Shown: positions 51,676-64,000 of the stretch, one piece after another
Layout: the number at the start of each line of letters is the position of its first letter
How positions within the stretch are numbered: the first letter of the stretch is position 1
Assembly: GCF_001194135.2 (NCBI RefSeq)
Contig: NC_068982.1
Coordinates: 133,619,883 to 133,683,882 of the forward strand
Origin: Octopus bimaculoides
Lineage: Eukaryota
Direction of reading: 5' to 3'
DNA: 64,000 nt
Notes under the pieces: generated by a model
What the model saw: only the letters and a program-made list of their open reading frames with translations
Told to the model about the DNA's origin: nothing
The model's database searches: none
Position numbers and translations under genes: made by a program

Positions 51676-52215
51676 CTTTGCCCTTTATCTTTTGTCCTCC
51701 TACCACACTTAGCATATGCTCCTTCCTCCTTCCATCCAGATGCTGTAAGTTAATGTTACCCTGCATGATTGAGAATACAATTTTTTTTTTTTGTATTTTC
51801 TTGAACTAATCAGTTCAACTCCATTATTTTACATGAATATAATTCATTATTAATTTTATTTTTACTTGTTATTACAGTTGTCAGGTCATTGTTCAACTCT
51901 TATGTCATATAGTACATGTCCAATTCTTAATTGTAAGCCTTAGAATCACAATTGATAAAAATGTTGAAACGAAAACAGAAATTTAAATTTAATATTTTAA
52001 AACCTCAAGAGCAATTTAAATCACGTTAGTATTATAGAATATGAGCTGTTGTATTTTGTAAGAATGAGAATTTTAATTAAAATATTTAGTTTATTCCTTT
52101 CGGCTCACTTCACTGTTTTCCCCCAGCCACTCTTTCAAAGCAAATTTCCTGACTGATATTCTTTGTTACCTCAAGTTATCAGACCATATTGTGATATTTG
52201 CTGCTGTTATTGTTG

Positions 52216-52267
<52 letters not shown>

Positions 52268-52589
52268 CTCATGTCTCATTCTGATTTGATGAACAATTAA
52301 TTTTTGAGAGAAAGAATGTGAGTATCATTGCATCTTTTGAACTGTGTAATGATACAATTAGAGAAAATTTTCAAAATGAATATTTGCTTTCTTCTAGTGA
52401 AATGAAGCCTGTGATTTATTTGAAAATTCACTGGAAATATGTGGTGGCCATGCCTTGCCCAATAATAATATAATTATCAAAACTAAAAATTCCAATTATC
52501 TTCTTTGACTCTGTCTTGTAAGAAATAACCACCATATTATATTATAGATCAAAAATACTATAATAATTAAGGGTTTTAAAAAAAAATTT

Positions 52590-53020
52590 TAATTTGTTTT
52601 CAAGGCATACTCCTACCCACTCTTATCTAATGTAGGGTAGTCATGTGTCTCTTTTATAGCAAGACACCTTTACTTGGTGCTCTCTCATACTTTAGCCTCT
52701 CAGCACCTAGCATAAACCCACCTTCCCCTCTCAAATACTCACCCACCCACCTCACTTAAATGTAAGGGTCTTTTTCTTTTTCCTTGTACTTCTGTTTTGT
52801 AACTTGCTTGGTTACCTCACTAGTGAAATAAATATAAAAAAAAAGGTACCCAGTACACACTGTAAACTAGTTGGCATTTAGAAGGGTATCCACTCATGGA
52901 AAACATGTCAAAGCTAATACTGGAGCTTAATGAAGCCCTGTAGCTTGCCAAATCCTGTCAAGCCTTCCAACCCATATCAGGATGGAAAATAGGCATTAAC
53001 AGATGACGATATGATAATGA
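52590..53020 (+). mobile_element. RTE-type LINE 3' UTR fragment
   Basis: Homologous to the reverse complement of 25660-26050 (gtaacttgc...acctcactagtg...ggtacccagtacacactgtaaa...gaagggtatcc). Confidence 0.55.
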
Positions 53021-53189
53021 CTTCAAAAAGGATGAGTAAGACAAAATATAAATTTAAGAAAGAACTATCAAGGTGAGATCTGAACTCAGAAATATAATGA
53101 TTGAAAGCAAATACTGTGAAGTGCTTAGTTTTACTTTAGGTAATCATGTACACTAAATGACTATTGTCATCAATAATGATAATAATAAT

Positions 53190-53641
53190 TCTTTCTACTA
53201 AAGGCACAAGGCCTGAAATTTGGTGGGAGGGGACTAGTCAATTACATCGGCCCCAGTATTTCACTGGTACTTAATCTATCAACCCTGAAAGGATGAAAGG
53301 CAAAATTGGCCTCGGCAGAATTTGAACTCAGAACATAGTGTCGGGTAAAATGCCACAAAGCAATTTGTCCAATGTGCTAATGATTCTGCCAGTTCACCAC
53401 CTTAATAATAATAATAATAATAATCCTTTCTACTATAGGCACAAAACCTGAAATTTTGGGGGAGGGGGCAAGTCGATTACATTGACCCACAGTACTTGAC
53501 TGGTACTTAATTTATCGACTCCCCCAAAGGATGAAAGGTTAAGTTGACCTCAGCAGAATTTGAACTCAGAATGTAAAGACGGACGAAATGCCATCAAGCA
53601 TTTTGCCTGGCTTGCTAATGATTTTACCGGCTCGCCACCTT
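53190..53641 (-). mobile_element. Two full-length SINE family B copies in direct tandem, separated only by (AAT)n
   Basis: Copies at 53190-53403 and 53425-53641, with (TAA)n at 53403-53424 and 53641-53667. Confidence 0.9.
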
Positions 53642-53679
53642 AATAATAATAATAATAATAATAATAATGATGATGATAA

Positions 53680-53897
53680 ATCAGAGAATATGTTGGAGAA
53701 ATTTGAATTGACATGAAGGTAGAACATGCTCAAAAAACTGCTCTATTGGGGACAGTGAGAATTTTGAGGTTGGCACTTGGGTATTAAGTATCTTGGAAAG
53801 AGAACCTGAGAGACTTATGACAACAAGTTGCTGTCCACTCTTGCAGAATTAAACAGAGCAGGTAAGATTGACAGCTCTGAGATGTAAAACATCTCAG
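53680..53897 (+). mobile_element. Second 5'-truncated R4/Dong-like LINE 3' end
   Basis: EYVGEI*IDMKVEHAQKTALLGTVRILRLALGY*. The 3' UTR aligns with 49960-50100, and (TAA)n lies on both sides. Confidence 0.78.
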
Positions 53898-54103
53898 TAA
53901 TAATAATAATAATGTTGGTGATAATGATAATAATAACATTGTTTGTAAATGAGAATGTTTTAAAATTTTGGTTGTTTAAGATCTGATTCATATTTCATTG
54001 CTTAGGTAGCATTCTTAATTAGTTAATTGTTTGTGTAATGTTAATTAACTTAATGAAAGGTACAGTCAATAAAATTGAATTAAAAATATAGCTCTGTGTG
54101 CAT

Positions 54104-54160
54104 AGATAGATAGATAGATAGGTTGATAGACAGATAGATTGATAGATAAACAGATATATA
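54104..54160. repeat. (GATA)n microsatellite
   Basis: Directly visible. Confidence 0.85.
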
Positions 54161-56260
54161 GATATAGGTGTATGAAGTTTGCTTTACAACCACCTAGTTT
54201 TAGGTTCAGTTACACTGAGTGGCACTTTTGGGCAAGTGCCTTCTGTTATAGCCTGATATTTTGTGAATGAATTTGATAGACAAAACCTTTATACATGTAC
54301 TTATAATGTGTGTATGTATGTATGAGTCGTGAATGTGCGTGACTATTGGTATTTCACAACTTGTCATTGTTTAAGTGAAACAGTGATTTGATTTTTTATG
54401 TTCCTTGTTGGCATTGAATTGTTTATTCTTTTACTTGCTGCAGCTTTGAAAAAACGATATTGAGCCAATGAGGGAGTCTGTATGTGATTGCACGACCTAC
54501 TATAAATAATAGTCAAATCTCACTCAAATCACACTCTGTCATCTTTGAGAATAGAGAAAGGACACATTGGATTATGTAGTCTTAGATGCCCTCTGCTTTA
54601 AGACAAAATGAAGGGTCGCTACTGGAATACTTTTCATTAACTGTAATTGAGGTTTACTCAATTACAGTTAATCTTGAACTAAACAATATGGTGTTACTAC
54701 TTAATCTTAATTTCCAATGAAAAGGCTATTTATTTCATTCAGTATATTAGTATTTTAGTAAATTAGTTTTGTTAATTTGATAAGTAAATCCATACATGAT
54801 AAAAAAAAAAGAGTAACCACTTTTTAAAGTCATATAATTTAAGATTTAAGATTTTCTGCCAATGTGACGAAATGATTAAGGTATTGGTTCACCATCATCA
54901 TAATTTTAATGAATTTTTTTCTCTTTTTCATGCCAACAGTTATCAGATGGTAATACAGCAGTGTTTCACACAGGCAAGGAGAGGGTAAATGGCTATGCTT
55001 AACTCTTTTATTGCCATATTTCTGGTGAAATGCAATGCTACTTTTTCAAATAATTAAAAAATTTACAGCATGGCCACAGCTCATGAGCTGAAACTAGATA
55101 AAAATGAAAAGAACTTAGTAAAATAATTTTGTCGTTATCAAGATAGTATTTAGAACATAAATTAACATGAAATTTTGATGGAAGCTTTTTAATTAGATCA
55201 CTTTAAAATCGGAAGTTTGTATTATAATACCAAGGGTGGGTTGATATCAAAAGCGTTAATGAAATTATGACAATCTCCCACTTTTTAAGTCCATGAAACA
55301 CCTTGGTGAAAAAGAATTATAAAGATGCAGAATATATTTTGTCACCACTTTAATACAGAGGTGTTGGGATACCAAAATATTTTAGTAATATTTTATTGTG
55401 GGTAGTTTGTATTTATCAATTTGAGAACCATTGATCAACAGCAAAGTACAGCAACACTGTTCTGAATCTTGTTGTGAGATCCAACACTTTCAGAATTTAT
55501 TTCTTCCTATTTCTTCTTTGGACTTCCTCTACCATAAATGCTTCCATCATGAGCACGTGCTGATTTTCTTTTTTTATTTGTTCACAACTGTTAAACTTGT
55601 CTTTAGGATTTTAAAGCCAGTTGATATACACGCCATTTTATTGAATTTAACCTAAAGCTAGTAAAGTTAGTAGTTATCAATTGATTTTTTTTTCTCCCCA
55701 ATATCTGCTGGTTTAACAGATTGGAAGAAATATGAAAATATTTCTTTTGCTTGACTTCAGAGTATCTTGTTAGATCTGTCCATTCATCATGAAACTTACG
55801 GAACTTCTTGGAGTTCTTAGATTCATCTTGGGAATAACAAATCAATTTCTTTATATAGATGCCAGAAGTTGAGTCTCATTATGACCTAACAGAAGTTTTA
55901 CAATATTTTATTATACATAAAGACTATTAAAAAAAGATAAAGCCATGTAAATTCTATTTTGTTTCATGCTACAAATTTCAGTTATTTCATTTTTGATAAG
56001 TTCATTGTCTGGTGTTTTAGTTACTTTCTTCAAAATTTTCTTCAAGTAGTTTGAAGAGGATATTTACCATAGATAATATTACCCTATCAGTGATTTAAAT
56101 GGAAATTCCTAAATGGCTTGTTGTTGAAGGTCATTAGATATGAAACTTAGTAAGATATGGGCCTTGTCTATGAAAATGATTTCACCTATATAGGTGAGGT
56201 TTTTTTAGAATGTCCAATCAAAATTTGTGACTGAAAGAAATTGACTCAGTTTCAAATTTC

Positions 56261-57365
56261 ATCATCATCATCATTATCATTTATCTCCACTTTCCATGCT
56301 GGCATGGGTTAGACAGTTTGATTTGAACTGGTAAGCTGGAGAGCTATACCGAATTCCAGTCTGATTTTGGCTTAGTTTTTACAGTTGGATGCCCTTCCAA
56401 AGGCCAATCACTCTGAGAGTGTAGTGAGTGCCTTTAATGTGTCACCAACACCAGCCACAACTATGATATCACTTGGCGAGTTTCTCAACACAGCAAATTG
56501 CCAAAGGTCTCGATCACTTGTCATTGCTTCCATGAGACACAACTTTCAAAGATCATGCTTCACCACCTCATCCCATGTCTTCCTGGGTCTACCTCTTCCA
56601 TAAGTTCCCTCCACTGTTAGAGATTGGCACTTTTTCACACAGCTGTCTTTGTCCATATGCATCACATGACCATACCAGCACAGTATTCTCTCTTGCACAC
56701 CACATCTCATGCCTCTTATGCCCAATTTTTTTCTGAAGACACTTACACTCTGTCATACATACACACTGATATTGCACATCCAGCAAAGCATACTATTTTC
56801 ATTTCTTTCAAACCTTCGTATGTCCTCTGTGGTCACAACCCATGTTTCACTGCCACATAGCATGGCTGTTCACACACAGGCATCATACAATCTGCCTTTC
56901 ACTCTAAGGGAGAGGCCCTTTGTTACGAACAAAAGTAGAAGCTCTGAACTTTTCCCAGCTTATTCTTTTTCTAGCAGCTATGCTCTCGGAGCATCCACCT
57001 CCGCTGCTGACTTGGTCATCTAGATACCAGAAGCTATCAACTACTTCTAGGTATCTCCCCTGACATTTGATAGTCTATTTTCTGTACATTTCTTGTGTTT
57101 ATTGTACCTGTACATTTGCCACATACAAAGACTATTTTCCCTGTTAACCTTCCTCTGATATTACTGCACCTCTTATGTATCCATAACTTGCACTGGGTAC
57201 AACTTATGGAGTTTCTACCTATGTCTTTTCTACATTGAGCAGGGCCATCTACTTGAAGGAATTTGTGATTTGTTGGTTTTCCTACTTGCTAAGACTTCAA
57301 GTTTTGCTAAATTAACTCTAAGGCCCTTTGATTCTAAACCTTACTTTCACTCAAACTTTTTTCTC
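56261..57365 (-). mobile_element. Decayed RTE-clade LINE 3' portion with a (GAT)n tail
   Basis: The minus strand gives GLESKGLRVNLAK...RWPCS and WYGHVMHMDKDSCVKKCQSLTVEGTYGRGRPRKTWDEVVKHDL. The 3' UTR is homologous to family C. Confidence 0.88.
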
Positions 57366-57539
57366 TTGTAATTGGATAAGTCTAGTTTTTGTCTTAATTT
57401 GGTCATGTATAATTGAAATGTCTTTATAATATGTTACTTCAAGAAGCTGGAGGCAATAATTTTGTTTCTAATTTTTCCACTGTGGAATTTAGGAAGCCAA
57501 CCTAAGATACGGAGATTGTTAACGTTTTTTTTTCCACAG

Positions 57540-57566
57540 GAATAATTCAGTCTTACACTGGAATGA
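57540..57566 (+). other. Candidate 27-nt microexon of the plus-strand gene
   Basis: ttaacgtttttttttccacag|GAATAATTCAGTCTTACACTGGAATGA|gtaagt. Frame-preserving, and open in phase 1 (GIIQSYTGM) and phase 2 (NNSVLHWN). Confidence 0.4.
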
Positions 57567-58299
57567 GTAAGTAAGTAGACAAAGTAATGAGTTCCAAGTT
57601 GTCTAAAATGGTTAAGATGAGAAACTTACAAACCTTTTACTACCATATTTATGTAGAAATATTCTGTTTCTGTTTCAATTAATGAAAAATTTTAATAAAA
57701 TAACACTGTCAGTATTAAAACTGGTGTTTGGAACATAGCATGAGATTTTGGTGAAAGGTTTTAATTTGAAGAAAGAAATTTATCATAGAACCAGGAGTGA
57801 TCTCAGGAAGGTTGGTATTAAGGGAGTTAAATCAAACAAAAACAGTTGCTGCACCTGTTACATTTCTTTCCCCCTGTAGAGTTACAATATTTTGGTGAGA
57901 AAATGCTTAATTTCTACATAGACAACTAATCCTGCTTTAAAGAAGTTCTTTGCACATTCAGTTTGCTATATATTATAGTGTGAGTCAATACTCTGGTGTC
58001 ATTAACAGCATAGCTATTCACTGCTTGCCCTGTCGTCACCATTGTTAGCTTTCATTTAACTATAGTTATATGATACCAGTGTATTGACCATTATATGAAA
58101 ATCTATAAAACTAGTTTTACTTGAAAACTTTTGGTACTGAAAGGTGGAAAAAAAAATCTTTTCTTCAAATTACAAGATTAATAGGGTTGGTGCTCAACAT
58201 GTGTTTCTTTCTATAACCAAACCTAACATTGGATATGATTTTGCCTGTTGCAGGTAACTTTTACTTAAGATGAGAATTGAACTCATTTCTGTTATTTAA

Positions 58300-58513
58300 C
58301 CCTTTTGATACCAACCTGTCCAAGACTGCCCCCGGTTCTTTGATACAAGTTTCCTGCTTTAAAAGTAATCTCCATTAAAACTTTCAACAAAAGTTTTGTA
58401 TTAATTTTTATGTTCCAAACACCCTCTTAGTTCTAAAATTTATTGTACTAAATTCATTATTTTCAAAATTAACAATGGCAGTGCTTTTCAACAGAGATAT
58501 GGTAATAAAAGGG
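58300..58513. mobile_element. piggyBac-like MITE family F, reverse orientation
   Basis: TTAA|CCCTTT...AAAGGG|TTAA. Confidence 0.85.
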
Positions 58514-60799
58514 TTAACAAATCACTCTGGAATTTCATGTTGCTATTACTGCTTTTATTAATGAAATATATCACCTACAATGTGCATTGTTGAGTGCTAA
58601 TTGTCTGGACATAGACACAACAAGGAATTGGCGATAGGATATAAAACACCAAATCTAGCTGCTCGTCTAGTACTCAATCAATATATTCATTTAATTAAAA
58701 TATTTACTTTAGAAATCTGTTAAAATGTCAATAATTTCTTGCTTAGACAAACAATGTTGCCATAAAATTTAAAACATTAGCAAGTTTAAGCAGATTGGCA
58801 GAATAGGAAACCAGATTACCTGGTTTGTAAAATACTATATTAAAGTAGGTTTCTGAGTTAACTAAAGTTACAATATAACATGCATTACTAAAAGGTGTCT
58901 TGCTAATTACAAGTGAAACTACTCTTGCTTTCCTATAGTTTTCTAATTGTCTGCTAGTCAGCAATAGTATCTGATGAGTCACTTGATTAGCTTTGGCAAT
59001 CAAAGCCAAAGCCATTCTATAAACCTGTCGTAATTGATGTGTTCTCATGTGGATAAAACCCATCATAGAAAATAATGCCATCCATTAAAATCAGTTGTAT
59101 TGAAGAAATTTTTATTATAATTTTAAAAATTGCATCAAAATCTTGAAGTTACTATGTAAGTGCATTGAAGCATTAATTTTCTTTGGTAATATTTACTGGT
59201 TTTTTTCGTCTTCTTTATTTCTTGATTAATGATACAAGAAACTAAATTAACTGCAAAAGACTGTAATTGATAGCTTAGTGCTGCTATTAATTCTTATCAT
59301 GCAACCAGATTACTGCATGGTTTAATATCCTTTATAAATAATGTTCTTTAAAAATATATTCCATCTAAATAGCTTTTCTCTTCTCCCCTTTCATATAACT
59401 ACATAGATTTTGATAGTGATATCTCAGAAGTGGATTTATCCAGTTGTATTACTGGTACTAGGCAAACATTGCAGAGTAGTTAGGTAATCTCTTGTCAACC
59501 CAGTTTTAATTTCTGATTGTAACTATTTTAGTTCACATATTTTATTTATCTTTCTGACGTATTTTTTTTTTATTTAAAAAAAAAAAAAAAAAAAACTTCA
59601 GCTGTGTATGTAGTTGAATGAAATATTAGGAGATCATTTATACTGAAATTGTTGTTGCTGTCAGGATAGATATAGGTGTTGTTTCATGGACCACTGCAAT
59701 TCATTTGACCTGTGTTTGTATCTCTGATTATCATGATGCTACCAAGAGGGTGGGGTATAAAACTCTTTTTGGAAACATTGTCAATCTGGTTTTTGAAGGT
59801 TGCTTGTCTCTCTGGCAGAACTGAATTTGGTACTTCATGCTACCAAAGTAATTATTAGTTTTATAGTGTGGTGTGTGTTCTTACCTATCATTACTGAATC
59901 ACATGATTACCCCATTTCAAAGTTAAATGTTTTGAGCCTTTGAGCCACAGACATAACTGTGTTGCAAACAGGATGTAAACTACTGGCTTTTTGACTAACT
60001 TTTTCCAATGATGTCTAGCCCTTTAACATTTAAACTAGCCATATCAGGCCCAAATATTCTACCTGTATTATGTTCAAACCGGACAGATCTGGCCTCTCGT
60101 ACTTGCCCTACAATGTAATTCCAAAAATAAACAAGCACATCATCTAAATTTTGAAGCTATGAGATAATGCACGATCAATTCAAAGCAATGTGAATAAATA
60201 AGCATTGATTTGACTGGATAATCTGGGCTAGATGACAGTAAAGCCAAGAATTGTCATATTCCTACTCAATTTTAGTTACTTACTCAGTTGAAATAGCAAT
60301 GCTATAATTTTGTTGTGCAAAGCTTTTGGCTTCTAAAGGGAATACATTGGTCTGTTAGATGTTAAAAATGTTGTCAAATGTTGAAATTTGTTTTAGTCAT
60401 CATGACATTATGAATAGTAAGAACTGAGAGAGTAAACCAAAAGTGTTCAACTTGCAAAGTTCTTCTAATAAGGATTATCTTGAAGAATGTCTAAAATATG
60501 TTGGCTAACTGGTATTAATAATGACCTGAACAATCTCAACATTGATGGCTGACTAATTAAGGCGTTGTACTTGGGAAATCAGATCTGTACTCTGGTGTTT
60601 CTTTGTTGATTACAGCCTCAATTTGTTCCACTCTCTCTTTTCTTGCTAAAAGCTACTAGGCATGTGTGTGTGTGTGGGGGGGGGGTGTAGTTAATGGAAG
60701 CATGCTTTGAAGTGGCTGTAAATAAAATTCCCCACCTTACACATCAAGGTAAAAAACCTCAGATCTCACTTTCCTTCATTATGGCATGATCCTTTATAC

Positions 60800-61128
60800 C
60801 AGTGATTCTCGATGATATTTTTATCTGTGGACCCCTTTGATTAATTTTATTCTGGTGTCACTCTCCCCATCTCCCCATAGTCAATTGATGTTTTTAAATA
60901 CTAGTGTTATAGATACTTCTTTCAAAATTCTTATTTTTCACTTATTAACTTGCATAAGTTGAACTACGTAAAATGTTAGAAAAAGAATCCTAGCTATTTC
61001 TTGCAATAAATACATTTAAAGCAAAATTTTTTCATGGACCCATAAAATACTACCGTGGATTTTCAATTTACTATTCTGTTTGTATGGACCCCCAAAATCT
61101 TATATGAATCCCCAACTGAGAACCACTG
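60800..61128. mobile_element. hAT (Charlie-like) MITE with 8-bp TSD
   Basis: Termini CAGTGATTCTC...GAGAACCACTG. TSD CTTTATAC at 60792-60799 and 61129-61136. The body is related to 15661-15898. Confidence 0.9.
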
Positions 61129-61630
61129 CTTTATACAATAGTAATCCTATATGTCTCATCCTTTGCTATTCACCCCCACCCCAGCCCCGACAGTATCATG
61201 CCAGCTGTGACATTGCACACCAGGAAGCAGTTTACATAAAAAAAAGACTATATATTAAACAGGTAAAGCAGACAAAATCTTAAATTCAGCTATGTTAAAG
61301 TATCAAAGCTAGTTTCTTAATGGATGTATATTTGTTTTTCGTTCTTTACTGCTGAGCTAAAATATTCCACTGAGAGTGTGGCTCAATGATAGAGAGATTA
61401 GAAGAGTAAATTGATCAATCTGATCTACATATAGTTATGATTGTTACTTGAACTAAGCAGCCAATAAATGAAATAGCATTTAAAGCATTGGTATAATTAA
61501 ATGTCTTCTTTACATATTGAAGCTACTGAAGAATTCTCTGTTGTTCCTGAACCTTCTGAAAATAGCAGCCAATATGCTCTTTCTTTTAATTTTTATTCCA
61601 TTCAATTTCTCTGTTGGTTAGTCTGCCTGC

Positions 61631-61662
<32 letters not shown>

Positions 61663-62979
61663 TTCATTCCTTCACTTTAACTCACTTCCAGCAGAAATGG
61701 AACAGATTTTGATATTATAAATTGTTAAACATGAATACAATTGCCATTGTTAATGCTTCCAACAATTTATTTTAGACATGTTAAAAATATCAGTTGAGGG
61801 TTTCTTAGCAGTGTATGTATATTTGGCTATTAGTTTAGTTCTTGATAAAGTGAAAGATAATTATTTTATTTTTTTCTAGTTAAAGCTAAGTATGTCTGGA
61901 AAGTGAGTACACTGGTTACTATTTTGATTCTTTCGTGTTTTCTTCAAATTTTTTTTTGTCACTTCCGGTCGTTGGTGGAGCACTAGTTTCAATGTATTTT
62001 AGCCGATTGTATTGGTTCCAATATGTCTTTCAGTCTGGTACTTATTTCATTATGAAGTACTATTTGTTAAACTACTAAGTTACAAAATGTAACGAAACAG
62101 AATAAATGATTTAGTTAATCAGTTTAAACATAGACTATGTGAACATATGTTGGCATGCATCCTTGACATTTTCTGCCCTCTTGTGAGCTCACAACACTGC
62201 CAAGGAAGTACTGCTGCCCAGGTTAAGAACCTTTGGTCTAGAAGTATATCGCTAATAAGAAGAGGTTCCGTTGTTGCTTCTTAGCTCCATGTCAATCCTG
62301 ATCAAGATCTATGAGCAAAGGCATTCCATCCATAACCATCCCATCTTTGTAGGGAGTATCTAAGACTATTATTCACTGTTAAGTTTTATAAGATGGCGAG
62401 GGTGGTGTGATTTGAGAAAAATGTGGCTGTTATTTCTAGTAAATCAGATGACTATATTGAGCAATAGTTCTCAAACTACTAGGTCAACTTCCCACAAAAT
62501 AGTATTGAAAACTTTTGTTTCCCACCTTTTTATTAATAAAAAAAACAAAATGGAGCTAGTGCCTGTATAATTCTTGCTTTACATGGTCATTCGACCTGCA
62601 AGAAATAATGGCCAAATTTCCTTAAATCACTCTGTAAGATCTTAGAAAAAAAGGAGACAATGTTATCCTATGTATTTCTCCTAAAAAGACAGGATTGTCA
62701 AGTTTTCTTTGTCATGGTGTTAGATAAATTTTAAAACCAATTATCAAACGTAGCAATTTTTCTGCCCCACTGTCAGCCCTCACAGGTCCCCACCAGGAAA
62801 TAAAGGTGGTCTGTACCTTCTATAAGTAATACCAATGTAGAGCATGATTCTTCATTGACTTGTACTATAGTATGGAGCCATATAGTTCATTGGTGGTAGT
62901 TTTGATTGGAGCAGTAGTGTAACAGCATAATTAAACAGACAATTAACTTATGTATTAATTTTTGTGGTACTCTGTTTAA

Positions 62980-63197
62980 CCCTTTCATTACCATATTTCT
63001 TTCAAAATACACTACCTTTATTTCACTTAGAAAATTATGAAGAATTCCATAAAATAACATTGTTGTTATTCAGTTGATGTTTGGAATGTAAATTACCATG
63101 AAATTCTGGTGGAAGGTTTTTAATTTTGATCATTTTAAAACAGAAAGCTTATATCATAAAACCAGTAGCAGTCTCATGTGGGTTAGTATCAAAAGGG
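62980..63197. mobile_element. piggyBac-like MITE family F
   Basis: TTAA|CCCTTT...AAAGGG|TTAA. Confidence 0.85.
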
Positions 63198-64000
63198 TTA
63201 AAGTCCTTAAATATTTTATTCTTTATTGCAAAATACTCCAATATAAGATTTACAACATTAAAACATTTAGGATTCATTGCACCTGGCTACAAGAACATAT
63301 GGTCTTATTATGGCAGTTGATGAAAAGAAATACAACCAATGTAAAAAAGGAAAATAACTATAAAAAATAAAAATCATAAAAAACAAAAATCATTTTCTTT
63401 GTTTTAGATTTTATAAATTTATACAATTTATGTATTTATAAATGTTCATAGTTATACAGTTCATTATTTTTTTTTAATTACCTCTATTAATTTTCTTTTG
63501 GTTTTCATCTAAATAATTTTTTTTCCATAATTATTTTTAGCTCTTTCTTCATGTAGTTTTATTGTAAAATTTTCTTTTGTTTTAGATTATAAATAAAGTA
63601 TAAACGTAGCCACAATACTGAAAGCATTTTACTTGAATTGGTGAGTGATCATTAATTTTTTTTTTTTTGAAATTTTCCCTCTTATCCTGTCTCTTCATTT
63701 TAATCCTTCCCCATTTTTTAAGACTGATTTTATTGTTTCTTGTTTTTATGCACGTTTGTGATGATATAATCTCTTTATATATGTTTACATATATGTGTGC
63801 ATGTGTATATAGGTATATGCATGTGTGTGTGTATATGTTTGTGCGTGTGTCCCCATGTTAGATATTAGATATTTTTGCATGCCTTGTGAGTGAACTTTGA
63901 TATTGGGTTCTTGCATAGACTAAATTCTTTGAGGCATATCAGCTGTTGGATTAAGGTGCCAAATTCCAGACTACATGGTAAGGAATTCGAACCTTACTTT

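Noticed and set aside
53190-53900. CRISPR-like or regularly spaced array
   Set aside because: The DNA is eukaryotic; the units are roughly 215-bp SINEs separated by microsatellite, not short repeats with unique spacers.
55421-55850. Possible hAT transposase N-terminus (SKKFRKFHDEW) beside a TTGAGAACCATTG terminus-like motif
   Set aside because: Only a short motif resembles hAT proteins. I found no following zinc-finger cysteines, partner TIR or TSD, so the evidence is too weak without a profile search.

Overview
Eukaryotic genomic DNA: AT-rich, CpG-depleted, rich in microsatellites and retroposons, with six N gaps. The SINE and LINE families and the TTAGGG motif suggest an octopus or other coleoid cephalopod; this is an inference from recognition of the repeats and was not checked against a database. 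No long exon or identifiable protein-coding gene is visible. The only gene-like landmark is a CpG-richer candidate bidirectional promoter at about 21.3-22.0 kb. It carries splice donors pointing in both directions, so most of the window is probably the large first introns of two divergent, unidentified genes, with a few possible microexons. The remainder consists of at least five short interspersed repeat families (three clearly tRNA-headed), decayed LINEs (RTE, Tx1/L1-like, R4/Dong-like with RLE endonuclease, CR1/L2-like), a mariner remnant, and hAT-like and piggyBac-like MITEs. Almost all ORFs in the supplied track are artefacts of microsatellites, N runs or repeats. Four observations stand out: (1) a 548-bp MITE with an 8-bp TSD, built around a perfect 40-bp (CCCTAA)/(TTAGGG) telomere-repeat palindrome and nested in a mariner that is itself nested in a SINE; (2) (AAT)n tracts acting as landing sites for two unrelated LINE clades and for stacked SINEs; (3) several long near-perfect hairpins; (4) an Illumina adapter remnant left in the assembly. 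Repeat boundaries are approximate unless a TIR or TSD is quoted. Family labels A-G are my own.
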